Shown one piece after another: positions 39,579 to 50,398 of a stretch of DNA of 64,000 nucleotides; positions within the stretch are counted from its first letter, which is position 1, and each line of letters opens with the position of its first letter. Source of the DNA: Promethearchaeota archaeon (GTDB lineage: Archaea > Asgardarchaeota > Heimdallarchaeia > Hodarchaeales > Hodarchaeaceae). The notes under the pieces are model-generated. The model was not told where the DNA came from and did not search any database. It saw only the letters and a program-made list of their open reading frames with translations. The stretch is from assembly GCA_048938105.1 (NCBI GenBank), contig JBHLMN010000001.1, positions 128,001 through 192,000 on the forward strand. Reading direction: 5' to 3'. A program made the translations under genes and the position numbers.

Positions 39579-40700
39579 TCATTGACTTAATAGATGACTA
39601 TAAACTTCAAAATATTTGGGAAGGACAACATTCCAGTTAAATTTTGTTTTATTATAAATAAAGGAGGCAGCGGCGAACTCTTCTCTTTTCTGAGGATTCT
39701 CAACATAGAATATGATGGCTTTAAACAAAAGCTCCACGTTCTTGGGAGGAATCAATATTCCATTGTTCATATTGACGACCATTTCTTTCATACCCCCAAC
39801 AGAAGAGGCAATAATAGGACATTGTGCTGCAGCTGCTTCTAATAAAATGTTTGGAAATCCTTCTGAGAATGAGGGTAAAACAAGGATACGATTTGATCCA
39901 TATAAGTATTTAATAGGATTCTTTCGCCAACCTAAAAAAGATACGCCATTTTCTAATTCTTTTTCGGATACAACATGTTCTAGGTTTTTTCTTTCGGAAC
40001 CATCCCCAATGAAATATAATTTCAGTTTATTTTGAGAATAAAAATAGGCCTTTTGGAACGCTTCAATTAGGATATAAACACCTTTAACTTCTTCTAACCT
40101 ACCAATAAAATAGATGTCTAAAGAACCATCCTTTTCATTTTTCGATTTTGATTCTTTTGGAAAATTAATAGCATTTGATATAAGAAATACCTTTTGACTA
40201 TCTTTTACAAATTTCTGTGTTTGATTAAGCAATGAACGAGATTTTGCAATGATTATATTTGATCTGTTGAAAAGAAATGTCATAATAGCACGGTATATTG
40301 GATTCTTAGGGTGAATGAAAACATCTGAACCTGCAACTGTATGAATTACTGGTTTTTTTTGAATTTTTCCCACAATAACGGAAGAGAATAAAGCAAAAAT
40401 ATGAGAATGAGTGTGGAGAACATGGATTCTCTCTTTCTTTACTATTTTCGTAATCGAATAAATGAATGGAATGATATTAAGAAAATAACCTATTGACTTT
40501 TTATTCACACTAATTGGATTAAATCTGACAATCTGGACACGATCAATTTTTTCATTCTTTTTGAATTTTTTCCAAGAATTTGTTACTACAAAGATTTTCC
40601 AGCTGTATTTCGATATTAGCTGATTTGCTAAGTTATGGGCTGAGATTTCTGCTCCTCCGATTAAAGGATAGTAAAAATTTAACGGAAAAATGACCTTCAA
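39579..40700 (-). CDS. GT4 glycosyltransferase
   Basis: GGAE, GRLEEVKG, EGFPNILLEA. Confidence 0.92.
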   Translation of the reverse strand: MKVIFPLNFYYPLIGGAEISAHNLANQLISKYSWKIFVVTNSWKKFKKNEKIDRVQIVRFNPISVNKKSIGYFLNIIPFIYSITKIVKKERIHVLHTHSHIFALFSSVIVGKIQKKPVIHTVAGSDVFIHPKNPIYRAIMTFLFNRSNIIIAKSRSLLNQTQKFVKDSQKVFLISNAINFPKESKSKNEKDGSLDIYFIGRLEEVKGVYILIEAFQKAYFYSQNKLKLYFIGDGSERKNLEHVVSEKELENGVSFLGWRKNPIKYLYGSNRILVLPSFSEGFPNILLEAAAAQCPIIASSVGGMKEMVVNMNNGILIPPKNVELLFKAIIFYVENPQKREEFAAASFIYNKTKFNWNVVLPKYFEVYSHLLSQ

Positions 40701-40843
40701 AACCAGAAAATCCCCTCTAGTTATTTTTTTCAGTTCATCATCTACTGGAATATTTAACGGAAGATATTAAGAACATTTCGATAACAATTCTTTGCAAAAA
40801 GCTCCTTTTATAGGTCATTTTATAAAAATAATTGAAATACTCT

Positions 40844-41815
40844 TTAGACATCAAAATAGTAAGGATTTTCTAAATTCCAATTATATGTTAGTGTAAGGCC
40901 TTCCATGACAGAAGTTTCCGCCTCAATCCCCAGAATTTCTGTAGCTAATTTTGTATCGGCTGGAGATCGTATTATATCTCCATGACGCCAATTTCCATAG
41001 TTTACTTCTATTGTTCGCCCAGTTATCTCTTCTAGATATTGAATTATTTGATTCAATGATACTTCTGTCTCACTTGCAATGTTTAAAATCCTAGCTGTAG
41101 CTCTATCCGATTCCATTGCCGCTATAGTTGCTTTTATATTGTCTTTTACAAAAGTAAAATTACGTGTTTGAGTTCCATTACCAAAGACTGTAAGTGGTCT
41201 CCCCTCTATAATATTTTTAATAAAAATTGGAATTACAGCAGCATATTTCACCTTAGATGACTGTCTTGGCCCATATACAGCGAAATACCTCAGAATCTTG
41301 ACTTTTAAACCATAAAGATAATTAAAAACATCACAATAATGTTCTGATGCTAGTTTTCCTACTGCATATGGATGAGATGGCCAAGTTTTCCCATTCTCTT
41401 TTCTTGGCAGCTCATCTGACCTCCCATATACGGATGAACTTGAAGCAAATACAATTCCATCAATATCGTGTTTTCGAGCTGCTTCTAATATATATAGGGT
41501 TCCAGTAATGTTTGTCTCATTTGATTTTATAGGATTTTCTATACTACGAGGTGCTCTATTCATTGCAGCGAGATGGAAAATTTTAGAGCAATTCGAGACC
41601 ACTTCATCAACTATATCGAGATTTGTGATATCTCCTTCAATTATTGTAACATTCCTTAATTTTCGCAGAAAGGGTAAGTTATAAAAGCCTATTGAAAAAT
41701 TGTCTAGGACTATTATTTCTTCGTTTAATTTTGACAGGGATTCAACTAGATGTGAGCCAATAAAACCAGCACCACCCGTAACCAATGTAACCATTATGAT
41801 TTTTTCCCATTTCAA
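40844..41815 (-). CDS. UDP-Glc(NAc)(A) 4-epimerase-like extended SDR (WbpP-like)
   Basis: TGGAGFIG, ASSSSVYG, YAVGK, YAAVIP, GNGTQTRNF. Confidence 0.88.
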   Translation of the reverse strand: MKWEKIIMVTLVTGGAGFIGSHLVESLSKLNEEIIVLDNFSIGFYNLPFLRKLRNVTIIEGDITNLDIVDEVVSNCSKIFHLAAMNRAPRSIENPIKSNETNITGTLYILEAARKHDIDGIVFASSSSVYGRSDELPRKENGKTWPSHPYAVGKLASEHYCDVFNYLYGLKVKILRYFAVYGPRQSSKVKYAAVIPIFIKNIIEGRPLTVFGNGTQTRNFTFVKDNIKATIAAMESDRATARILNIASETEVSLNQIIQYLEEITGRTIEVNYGNWRHGDIIRSPADTKLATEILGIEAETSVMEGLTLTYNWNLENPYYFDV

Positions 41816-42154
41816 CTTATTAAGTCAGTTTTAAGGAAAATCAAAGTGTCAAAGAAAGGTTTATGGATGACAACAATGAATGATTCATGCTTTTCAAGTA
41901 GGATTATTTTCACCTTTTTATCACATATATTCCTATCATCAATCATTTAATTTATAGCCACAAAATTCAGGTTGAAATACAGAAATTTAATTAATATCAA
42001 TTATTACTTATAATATTACTTATCGACATAAAATGTTTTACTTAATTTGTAAGAACCAGGACGAAAATTATATCAAGGCTTCAGATGTAATAAAGTTCTC
42101 AAAAAAAAATAATTATAATATAACATTTTCTATGGAATATTGTGATCTTGTTCG

Positions 42155-43498
42155 ATGAAAGAGGATATAATGGTGTCTTCAAAACTCAAAAAAATAGAAG
42201 AAAATGAAAATGGCACCAATTCGATAGATAGAATTAAAAGTTTTTTAAAAACAATAAAAAAAGAAATTCGATCTTATTATATAATCATCTTCTGTGTTGG
42301 AACAGGAATCCTGATTTCTTTATTAAGAATGCAGATTGATGGAGTGGGGTACTCTAGTGATGAATATGATATATATGCAGAATATTTTAAAGGAATATTT
42401 CAAAATAAGCTAAGTTTTGAACAAGAATTATGGTTTGATGGATATAGATTAAAAAATCGAATATTATACCCTTTTATTCTCTCTATAGGTTCTTTAATAA
42501 CCACACTTGAACCAGCAATAATTGCAATTCCTCTAGGTATAATATTTTTCCTATTATCGATTTTAACAACAATTCAAATTTTAAAAGAAAGAGGAAACTC
42601 TCAGAAAGAAATCAATATTATAGTTTCTCCTTTCGCAGTTACCCCTGGTCTATTACCACATATGGTGAGACCAACTACTGATCACCTGTTCATGTTATTA
42701 GTTTTAATTGTACTTTTATTCATCATTAGGTTTGTAAAGAGAGGAGATAACCTAAACCTCTTAATTGCTATATTTTTTTCACTTTTAGCAATAATCACCA
42801 GAGAATTTGGTTTTCTATTATTATTTATTCTCCCAATACTCTATATCGTGAAATGGATGGAGGAAAAACGGTATCTAATGATTCTTGTATGTGGTATATT
42901 TATTATAATATTGATTTGGATACTTCTTCAAATTTTAAATTTCACCCCATCTTTTGTATTATCATTGATTTTCGGTGTTTATACGGAGAAGATTCAAGAA
43001 ATCATTATAAGTGGAAATGTCTCACTTGAGGGTGTTTTTCAAATTTTGCATATAAGATTTATAGAACAATGGACACAAAAAGGCTTCCTGAGAACATATG
43101 AACTTATTGAAAGTGTAATTTACACCATTTTTATAGCTTTTATCTTTTCCTTTCTTGGATTCCTTTCTTGGGATAAAGAAAAAAAAGTTAAAGAAGTTAA
43201 AAATGTTGAACGATCAGTATTAGTTGTTTGGTTCATTCTAGGAATATTTTCTTTGATGATATTGCATGGAACTCTTCAAGCACGCTATTGGATGCCTATT
43301 ATGATAATTCCATATTTAGAAATACCCTCTGGCATAAATTATCTTCATATAAAATTAAAAAGAAAATTAAGTGAAAAAATGATTTTATCCTTAATATTGA
43401 TAATCCAGATTACTATCTCAATAATTAGGATAGTTTTTACGACTATGAATATTAGTTTAAGAGATGTAATAAATGTTTTGAGTTTATATATTGCCTAA
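42155..43498 (+). CDS. GT-C-type membrane glycosyltransferase candidate (paralog of 22835..24100)
   Basis: SSDEYDIY, TDHLF, TREFG and QARYW motifs shared with 22835..24100. Confidence 0.6.
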   Translation: MKEDIMVSSKLKKIEENENGTNSIDRIKSFLKTIKKEIRSYYIIIFCVGTGILISLLRMQIDGVGYSSDEYDIYAEYFKGIFQNKLSFEQELWFDGYRLKNRILYPFILSIGSLITTLEPAIIAIPLGIIFFLLSILTTIQILKERGNSQKEINIIVSPFAVTPGLLPHMVRPTTDHLFMLLVLIVLLFIIRFVKRGDNLNLLIAIFFSLLAIITREFGFLLLFILPILYIVKWMEEKRYLMILVCGIFIIILIWILLQILNFTPSFVLSLIFGVYTEKIQEIIISGNVSLEGVFQILHIRFIEQWTQKGFLRTYELIESVIYTIFIAFIFSFLGFLSWDKEKKVKEVKNVERSVLVVWFILGIFSLMILHGTLQARYWMPIMIIPYLEIPSGINYLHIKLKRKLSEKMILSLILIIQITISIIRIVFTTMNISLRDVINVLSLYIA

Positions 43499-43665
43499 TG
43501 TTCTGTTAGAAATGATGAATCCAACTCGAATCTTTGTCTCTACTCTGTAAACAAATAAAAATTCGATTTTGATCAGATAATTGTAATATATCATGAAGTT
43601 AATCCAGTTTTTACTACAATTGTTATCTCTACTGTCCACTATAATATTTTATTAATTTCTTTTTA

Positions 43666-46218
43666 CTATCCTGAAAATATGATTAAAAATTTTTTCAATA
43701 TTTTTAAGATAATAACTTGTGAGGTCAAAAATAGTAATATTATTAAGATTAAGAACAGGAATAATGGGAAACTCCAGCTAATACTTTCACGGCTAAGATT
43801 GTTGCTATATATACTATTATTAACAATAGTGGTGTTATCCGAATCGATCAGCTGAATACCAGAACGGCCATTGTTATAAATTATATTGTTTGAAATAAAA
43901 CAATTATCTGAGTTTTCCAGATAAATTCCATAGAAACCATTTTCAAAAATGATATTATTCTTAATTTTACTATTATTTGAAAATTCCAGAAAAATACCAG
44001 TCCAACTATTATTGAAAACAGAATTCTTGATGATAGAAGTATTACCTGAAATATCTAAGTGAACACCATTCCATTTGTTATTAGTAATGGTGTTGTTAAT
44101 AATGATGCCATTACATGAATAATCCAGGCGAATCCCATCTTTACTATTGTTTGAAATGGTGTTGTCAGCAAGAATGCAAGTTTCTGAATTATTTAGTCTA
44201 ATTCCATAACGATTGTTATTTAACACGGAATTATTAGCAATTAGGCTGTTCCCCGAGGACCCTAGAAAAATACCAGTATATGTATTGTTGACAATAGTAT
44301 TTTCGATAAGAATGCTATTAGCGGAATAATCTAAGTGAATACCCCTCCCTTTATTGTTGGAAATAATATTATTCATAAAAGTGTTAGAATCCGAAGAATC
44401 TAACCAAAGACCATATCTATTGTTGTTAGAAATGGTATTATTAACAATGGTACTGCTGCACGAATAAATTAACTGGATTCCAGATTCAATGTTATTATAG
44501 AAGGTATTATTGACAATAGTACAATGATCTGAAGAATATAGGTGAATGCCTGACCAACTGTTATTATAGATGGTATTCGTGGAAAAAATGTTACCATAGG
44601 AGGAAAAAAGGTAGATACCATCTTGATTATTCTTGAAAATGGTATTGTTGATAATAATGTTATCAATTGAAGAAGAAAGAATAACACCGTACTTGATGTT
44701 ATTAGCAATGGTATTATTGACAATGGTACTTGAGTTCGATGAAGATAAGTAGATACCGTGAGGATTATTAAACAAAGTATTTATGTTAATAATGTTATTA
44801 AGTGAAGAATCTAAGAAGATACCTGACCAACTGTTATCAAAAATAGTATTAGTAATAATATTGTTGATACTTGAAAAAGATACGTAGATACCATGAATGT
44901 TATTAAAAATGGTGTTATTAACACAAGTATTTGAATCCGAAAACGATAAAAAAACTCCATTACTGTTATTAGTAATGGTATTGTTGATAATGGTGTTGTT
45001 AACTGATGAAGACAGGGAAATACCATACTTGGTGTTATCAAAAATGGTATTACAATTAATAGTACTTGAATTTGTTGAGGATAAATAGATACCATGAATG
45101 TTATTGAAAATGGTGTTATTAGCACAAGTATTTGAATCCGAAAACGATAAAAAAACTCCATTACTGTTATTAGTAATGGTATTGTTGATAATGGTGTTGT
45201 CAACTGATGAAGATAGGGAAATACCATACTTAGTGTTATCAGAAATGGTATTACAATTAATAGTACTTGAATTTGTTGAGGATAAATAGATACCTGCCCA
45301 ACTGTTATTAATAATAGTATTGTTAACAATAGTGTCGGCAACTGCAGAAGAAAGGAAGATACCATGAGGATTATTAGAGATAGTATTGTTGACAATAGTG
45401 CTATCAACTGAAGAATTTAAATAGATACCTGACCAATTGTTATTAGTAATAGTATTGTTAACAATAGTGTCGGTAACTGCAGAAGAAAGGAAGATACCAT
45501 GAGGATTATTAGAGATAGTATTGTTGACAATAGTGCTATCAACTGAAGAATCTAAATAGATACCTGACCAATTGTTATTAGTAATAGTATTGTTAACAAT
45601 AGTGTCGGCAACTGCAGAAGAAAGGAAGATACCATGAGGATTATTAGAGATAGTATTGTTGACAATAGTGCTATCAACTGAAGAATTTAAATAGATACCT
45701 GACCAATTGTTATTAGTAATAGTATTGTTAACAATAATGTCGGCAACTGAAGAAGAAAGGAAGATACCATGAGTATTATTAATAATTACATTGTTTGTAA
45801 TATTACTATTTGTTACATTAGAGAGAAATATTCCACGTAATCCCCCTATTAAGAGACAATTGCTGATTCTGAAATAATATTCAGTATTAAAGATACCAAT
45901 CAAAACAATTGATCCAGAACCAATGATTTTCAAACTATCTATACAATAGGGATTAAATACTGTTCCATTTCCCCGCCAGCCTTTTATTTTCGCCTGATTA
46001 CTAAAATCAGCATTACCGTCGATTCTAATAGGATCAGAATCATTTACTTGAATTAAATATAATTTATTATGAGGAAAGTCGTAGATATTGTGTTCAAACT
46101 GGTGCAAATTTGATGTGTTTTCGAAGATCTGTTCATATTTGCCGTTTAAGAAGAAAGCACTTAAAACAACTATTGTGATCAACGTAAGATTAGATACATT
46201 TTTTTCCAAACCTATCAC
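43666..46218 (-). CDS. Membrane-anchored right-handed parallel beta-helix (NosD/CASH-like) surface protein
   Basis: N-terminal hydrophobic segment; PIRIDGN...GWRGNGT..NPY cap; about 30 coils of GIxLxxSxxxxIxNNxIxNN; C-terminal TM followed by basic residues. Confidence 0.92.
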   Translation of the reverse strand: MIGLEKNVSNLTLITIVVLSAFFLNGKYEQIFENTSNLHQFEHNIYDFPHNKLYLIQVNDSDPIRIDGNADFSNQAKIKGWRGNGTVFNPYCIDSLKIIGSGSIVLIGIFNTEYYFRISNCLLIGGLRGIFLSNVTNSNITNNVIINNTHGIFLSSSVADIIVNNTITNNNWSGIYLNSSVDSTIVNNTISNNPHGIFLSSAVADTIVNNTITNNNWSGIYLDSSVDSTIVNNTISNNPHGIFLSSAVTDTIVNNTITNNNWSGIYLNSSVDSTIVNNTISNNPHGIFLSSAVADTIVNNTIINNSWAGIYLSSTNSSTINCNTISDNTKYGISLSSSVDNTIINNTITNNSNGVFLSFSDSNTCANNTIFNNIHGIYLSSTNSSTINCNTIFDNTKYGISLSSSVNNTIINNTITNNSNGVFLSFSDSNTCVNNTIFNNIHGIYVSFSSINNIITNTIFDNSWSGIFLDSSLNNIININTLFNNPHGIYLSSSNSSTIVNNTIANNIKYGVILSSSIDNIIINNTIFKNNQDGIYLFSSYGNIFSTNTIYNNSWSGIHLYSSDHCTIVNNTFYNNIESGIQLIYSCSSTIVNNTISNNNRYGLWLDSSDSNTFMNNIISNNKGRGIHLDYSANSILIENTIVNNTYTGIFLGSSGNSLIANNSVLNNNRYGIRLNNSETCILADNTISNNSKDGIRLDYSCNGIIINNTITNNKWNGVHLDISGNTSIIKNSVFNNSWTGIFLEFSNNSKIKNNIIFENGFYGIYLENSDNCFISNNIIYNNGRSGIQLIDSDNTTIVNNSIYSNNLSRESISWSFPLFLFLILIILLFLTSQVIILKILKKFLIIFSG
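44886..45294. repeat. 201-bp tandem repeat, 2 copies (67 aa, 3 beta-helix coils)
   Basis: Units start at 44886 and 45087; six single-base differences seen by eye, all transitions. Confidence 0.92.
45286..45780. repeat. 135-bp tandem repeat, about 3.7 copies (45 aa, 2 beta-helix coils)
   Basis: Units start with ATAGATACCTG at 45286, 45421, 45556 and 45691; the two middle copies differ at only 2 positions. Confidence 0.95.
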
Positions 46219-46638
46219 CTATTTCAAGATCAAACAAATCCAAAAGCACTGAATCATTATTATTAGCTTATTGACAATCATTCTCTCTTTGAATACAGAT
46301 ATAATAATAGAAACAATTATAATATGGTCTTTTAATCCGATACAAAGTTAATCCTATCAACTGTTTAATTTGAAAGCTTCATTTACAGATTATTATTGAA
46401 AATAAGTAAAAAATTTGGGGGATTCTTCTACATACCTCTTTGTAGGACGTGAAACAACTCTAATTGATTAAGAATTTCAAAATTTTTTATTTTCCTCATT
46501 ATTTTCCATTATACAAATACTTTTTGAGAGGCCTTCTTATAGAAATTTCAGTATGGGAGATTGAACTCATTTAAATGGTCTCCTTTTTATAATGAATATT
46601 TTAAAGTAATCACAAACTTCAAAACTATTGGTGTCTGT

Positions 46639-47763
46639 GTGGATATTGCAATTGTACATCCCTATTTAAATTATTTTGGAGGTGCTGAACAGGTAATAGC
46701 TGCAATCGTGAATAGCATCCCAGTAAAAATTAATGTTTGTCTATATTCATTTGATTTTGGTAAGATTTTTACTGAAAAATTAAATAGAACAGTTAAATTT
46801 CACTATCTACCATCCAATTGGTTTATTGAATCTAAAAAACTTCCAATAACAAAGTATTGGACTTTAAGAGCTCTTCTAAACGCTTTTCTATATAAACCAG
46901 AGGAGGTCGATGCAGATATCATCAACTATCATAATATTCCTGCATTTTTTCTTATAAAACCCCTATATCAGGATGTAAGAGAGGTATGGATGTGCCAAGA
47001 ACCCCTTGCCTCAGATTTTTTAATTCAAAATTTATCAAATCCCGAATTATTCTCTTTACCTCTTAAAATATTTGTAAACTTCTATAGAATTTTTGAAAAA
47101 CGTAGAATAAATAGCTTGAGTGATATTTTTGTGAATTCTTCAAAGATTAAAACATTTTTACATCAAACATACGGAATAAATGCTAAAATTCTGCCAATGC
47201 CAATTAAGGAATCCTTTTACAATGAAAAAGAAAAAGACTTTGAAAAAGAACGGAATTCTATTCTCATTATTAATGGAACCGAAAGAAGAAAAGGTTTCTT
47301 TGATTTTACATTCTCTTCAGATATCAAATCTTTGCTTAAAAGAGAACAAGCGAAGATTTACTGTGAGGGGGAAATTTATGATGATAAATTCTTGTTTAGG
47401 ATAAAAAACTATCTTGGGAAAGAATTACATCTTATTGGCCGTGCTAAAAGAATAAATGAATTCTATAAGAGAACAGAATTTGTATTAATAACGAATTATA
47501 ATGAACCCTTTGGACTTTCAGCTATTGAAGGTCTTTGTTTTGGTGCAATTCCCATTGTACCTAAGAGTAGTGGAGTAGCTAGATTAATTGAGAAATATAA
47601 GTGTGGAATAAGTTTCAGTTCTAGAGCTGACTTTGTTAGGAAATTTAGAACACTGCATGATCAAAAACGAATGGAATTTAGAAATAATGGAAAATTACTA
47701 CTTGATTCTTTATCACCAGAAAACTTCAAGAAAGCAGTGATGGAGATGTTTAAAATATATTAA
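46639..47763 (+). CDS. GT4 glycosyltransferase
   Basis: Probable GTG start at 46639 (MDIAIVHPYL) after GGTG; FGGAE, RKG, EPFGLSAIEG. Confidence 0.85.
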   Translation: MDIAIVHPYLNYFGGAEQVIAAIVNSIPVKINVCLYSFDFGKIFTEKLNRTVKFHYLPSNWFIESKKLPITKYWTLRALLNAFLYKPEEVDADIINYHNIPAFFLIKPLYQDVREVWMCQEPLASDFLIQNLSNPELFSLPLKIFVNFYRIFEKRRINSLSDIFVNSSKIKTFLHQTYGINAKILPMPIKESFYNEKEKDFEKERNSILIINGTERRKGFFDFTFSSDIKSLLKREQAKIYCEGEIYDDKFLFRIKNYLGKELHLIGRAKRINEFYKRTEFVLITNYNEPFGLSAIEGLCFGAIPIVPKSSGVARLIEKYKCGISFSSRADFVRKFRTLHDQKRMEFRNNGKLLLDSLSPENFKKAVMEMFKIY

Positions 47764-47932
47764 TTTTATTTTCTCCAGAATTTGTTATATATTTAAATCA
47801 AGATCCTCTTTATAGGTAGAATGGACAGAACCTTTAGAAAACGAAAAAATCCAGTCAATATATTTGAAAGACATTTGATATTTAACACTAATAATATGAT
47901 TTCATGCATATAACATTAATTCATACTAATTC

Positions 47933-48677
47933 ATGGCTTAAGAATGAGAGATTGATTATCTAAAAATTTGGGGGAAGAAGGAATTAAACATGCAGTCAAT
48001 AAACCATTTTCCGATAGCCAATGTAGTGGACATCTTATGATAATAGGTGCCATTATAACATTATTACCACCACTACCTGCCAAACTAGTGGATTTGGGCT
48101 GCGGTACAGGATGGATAAGTATTTTTTTTGCAAAAAGAGGTTATCAAGTAACAGGAACAGATATTTCAGAAGATATGATCTATTATACTAATCAGAATAG
48201 AAATAAGGAAAAAAAAGATAATTTAACCTTCACGGCGTCTGATTTCGAGAATATGGACTTTAAAAATGAATATGATTGCGCCGTTTTTTATGATGCTTTA
48301 CATCATGCAGAGGACGAAAAAGCAGCCTTGCGAATGACTTATAAAGCCTTGAAACCAAGTGGGTTTCGTATAATCTCAGAACCAGGGAAAGGCCACTCAA
48401 AAAGAGCTAAATCTATCCGTACTACAGAAAAATACAATGTTACCGAAAAAGATATGCCACTGTCAAAGATAATCAAAACAGGAAAAGAAGCAGGCTTCAA
48501 AAAATTTAAGGTACATCCTCCCCCTTATCCTCTCAACCTGGCGCTCTATGCCAATTTAGATGATGATATGAGATTTTTAAAAGGTTACTTAAGGTAAAAG
48601 GAATAAGGACTCTTACTGCAATTTATGTGATTCTTCTATTCAAACGACGTTATGGACTCGTCCAGATGTTTAAATAA
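47933..48677 (+). pseudogene. Degenerate class I SAM methyltransferase (residual ORF 47968..48597)
   Basis: LVDLGCGTG and DALHH motifs. Upstream ATG GCT TAA GAA TGA GAG ATT GAT TAT CTA AAA reads M-A-*-E-*-EIDYLK, one base out of frame with LGEEG. A protein-like tail (GIRTLTAIYVILLFKRRYGLVQMFK*) continues in another frame after the stop at 48597. Confidence 0.65.
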
Positions 48678-48976
48678 TGAGTAAAGAAATTCATTAAAAT
48701 CAATTAATAAACGAATTATTAAAAAAAAAGATTTTTAATCTAGATAAAAAACTCAAATACTATCAAGAATGTATCAGGATTGATTTTGTTATCATTTATC
48801 CACGTAACACCATTATTTTTTTACCTATGCAGGATTTCATCTGAAAAGACAATTGATAATTCTCCATTTGCAGTTTTAGATCGTAGAATAGCATAATTGA
48901 ATATATTACTAGTAGGAAATGAAAATTCAAGTTCAATTTTCCCTTAATTACCTTTGTTATAAACCCAAATTCTTGT

Positions 48977-50044
48977 TTAAAGGTCTTTATCTGGGAAATC
49001 ATACCCATTTTCAATCATAAACCAATTTTTGAATTCCTCAAGCCCTTTATCTAATGAACATTTTGGTGTCCATCTAAGGATTTGTTGAGCTTTTGAAATA
49101 TCTGCACAACGACGTTTGGGATCATCAATAGGAAGGGAGCCATACGAAATGCGGGCATTATTATTTAGTATGTTAATTATTTTCCTTGCAAGAGAAATAA
49201 TTGAAATCTCATCAATATTGCCAATATTAAAAACCTCACCTTTGGTTTGAGTAAGAAAAGCTGCTCTTAAAATACCTTCAATTGTATCAGTAACATAAGC
49301 GAATGCACGTGTTTGATGTCCATCCCCAAAAACAGTTAGAGGTTTATTCTGAAGACATTGTTCAATAAAATTTGGTATAACTCTTCCATAAAGATTACCT
49401 GATCGCATTCTTGGACCATAAGTATTAAAAATTCTTACAATTCTTGCATCAAGATTATGTTCTAAAATGTATGCCATTACAAAGGCCTCTCCAGCCCTCT
49501 TAGCCTCATCATAACATGATCGGGGGCCAATAGGATTTACATTACCATTGTATGTCTCTGGAGTAGGAATATAACGATCTTCTGGATTTCCATAAATTTC
49601 ACTTGTTGATGTATAAAGGAATTTAGCTTTTTGTAATCTTGCGATCTCTAAAGTGTTTAAGATCCCTAATGTGTTTGCTTTTAAGATTTCAATGGGAAAT
49701 TTTGCAAATTCAAAGGGGGATGCTCTACTAGCGAGGTGAAAAACATAACTTATACTTTCATCTATAGGTAAGCTTTTAGAAACATCATGTTCTAAAAAAC
49801 TGAAGTTTTCAAGTTCCTCAAGATGTTGAATATTCTTTCTTAGACCACTTGACAAGTTATCTATAATTATTACTCTGGAACCTTTTTGAACAAGGACATC
49901 AGCTATCCATGACCCTAGAAAACCAGAACCCCCAGTAATAAGTACAGTTTGTTTTTTCCATTTTATTCTCAAATCGATACAATTATCAATTATCCAATTA
50001 ATCCCTCTTTGAATAATATAGTTCATTCTATATAGCTCCTTCAA
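48977..50044 (-). CDS. UDP-glucuronic acid decarboxylase (UDP-xylose synthase, UXS family)
   Basis: TGGSGFLG, HLASRASP, STSEIYG, GNVNPIGPRSCYDEAKR, RIFNTYGPRM, DDPKRR. Confidence 0.92.
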   Translation of the reverse strand: MKELYRMNYIIQRGINWIIDNCIDLRIKWKKQTVLITGGSGFLGSWIADVLVQKGSRVIIIDNLSSGLRKNIQHLEELENFSFLEHDVSKSLPIDESISYVFHLASRASPFEFAKFPIEILKANTLGILNTLEIARLQKAKFLYTSTSEIYGNPEDRYIPTPETYNGNVNPIGPRSCYDEAKRAGEAFVMAYILEHNLDARIVRIFNTYGPRMRSGNLYGRVIPNFIEQCLQNKPLTVFGDGHQTRAFAYVTDTIEGILRAAFLTQTKGEVFNIGNIDEISIISLARKIINILNNNARISYGSLPIDDPKRRCADISKAQQILRWTPKCSLDKGLEEFKNWFMIENGYDFPDKDL

Positions 50045-50398
50045 AGCGTCAAGTGAAATGATTTGTAAAACTGATATTTATTAATTATTTTCTATTTTAT
50101 TTATTATTCAGTTTCTAACAAGGATAGAAGTACTTTATATCAGTTTTTGGTTATAATTTCAAATATTATTGAAGAGTTGATTATTTTAAATTCTATAAAA
50201 ATATTCATCAAATACTTTTTCATAACTGTAGTAATAATATGGCTTTTTGGATTAATAGAAAAAAAAAAGGTCTATTTTATTTTATAATCAATATATCTGT
50301 CAAGATATTATAATCCAAATGCTTTAAAAAAAGAAGATTCAGTCTTAAAAAAGTGATAATAACTAGTTCTACTGCATAAGAGTAAAGGGAAAACTCAT

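Noticed and set aside
44469-45407. Short ORFs 44469-44723, 44811-45407, 44897-45088 and 45098-45289
   Set aside because: Alternative-frame or antisense shadows of the repetitive beta-helix gene.
44886-45780. Diversity-generating retroelement TR/VR pair
   Set aside because: The repeats are tandem and in-frame within one gene, differences are not restricted to adenines, and no reverse transcriptase is in the window.
45286-45780. CRISPR array
   Set aside because: Units are 135 bp, contiguous and coding, with no unique spacers and no cas genes.
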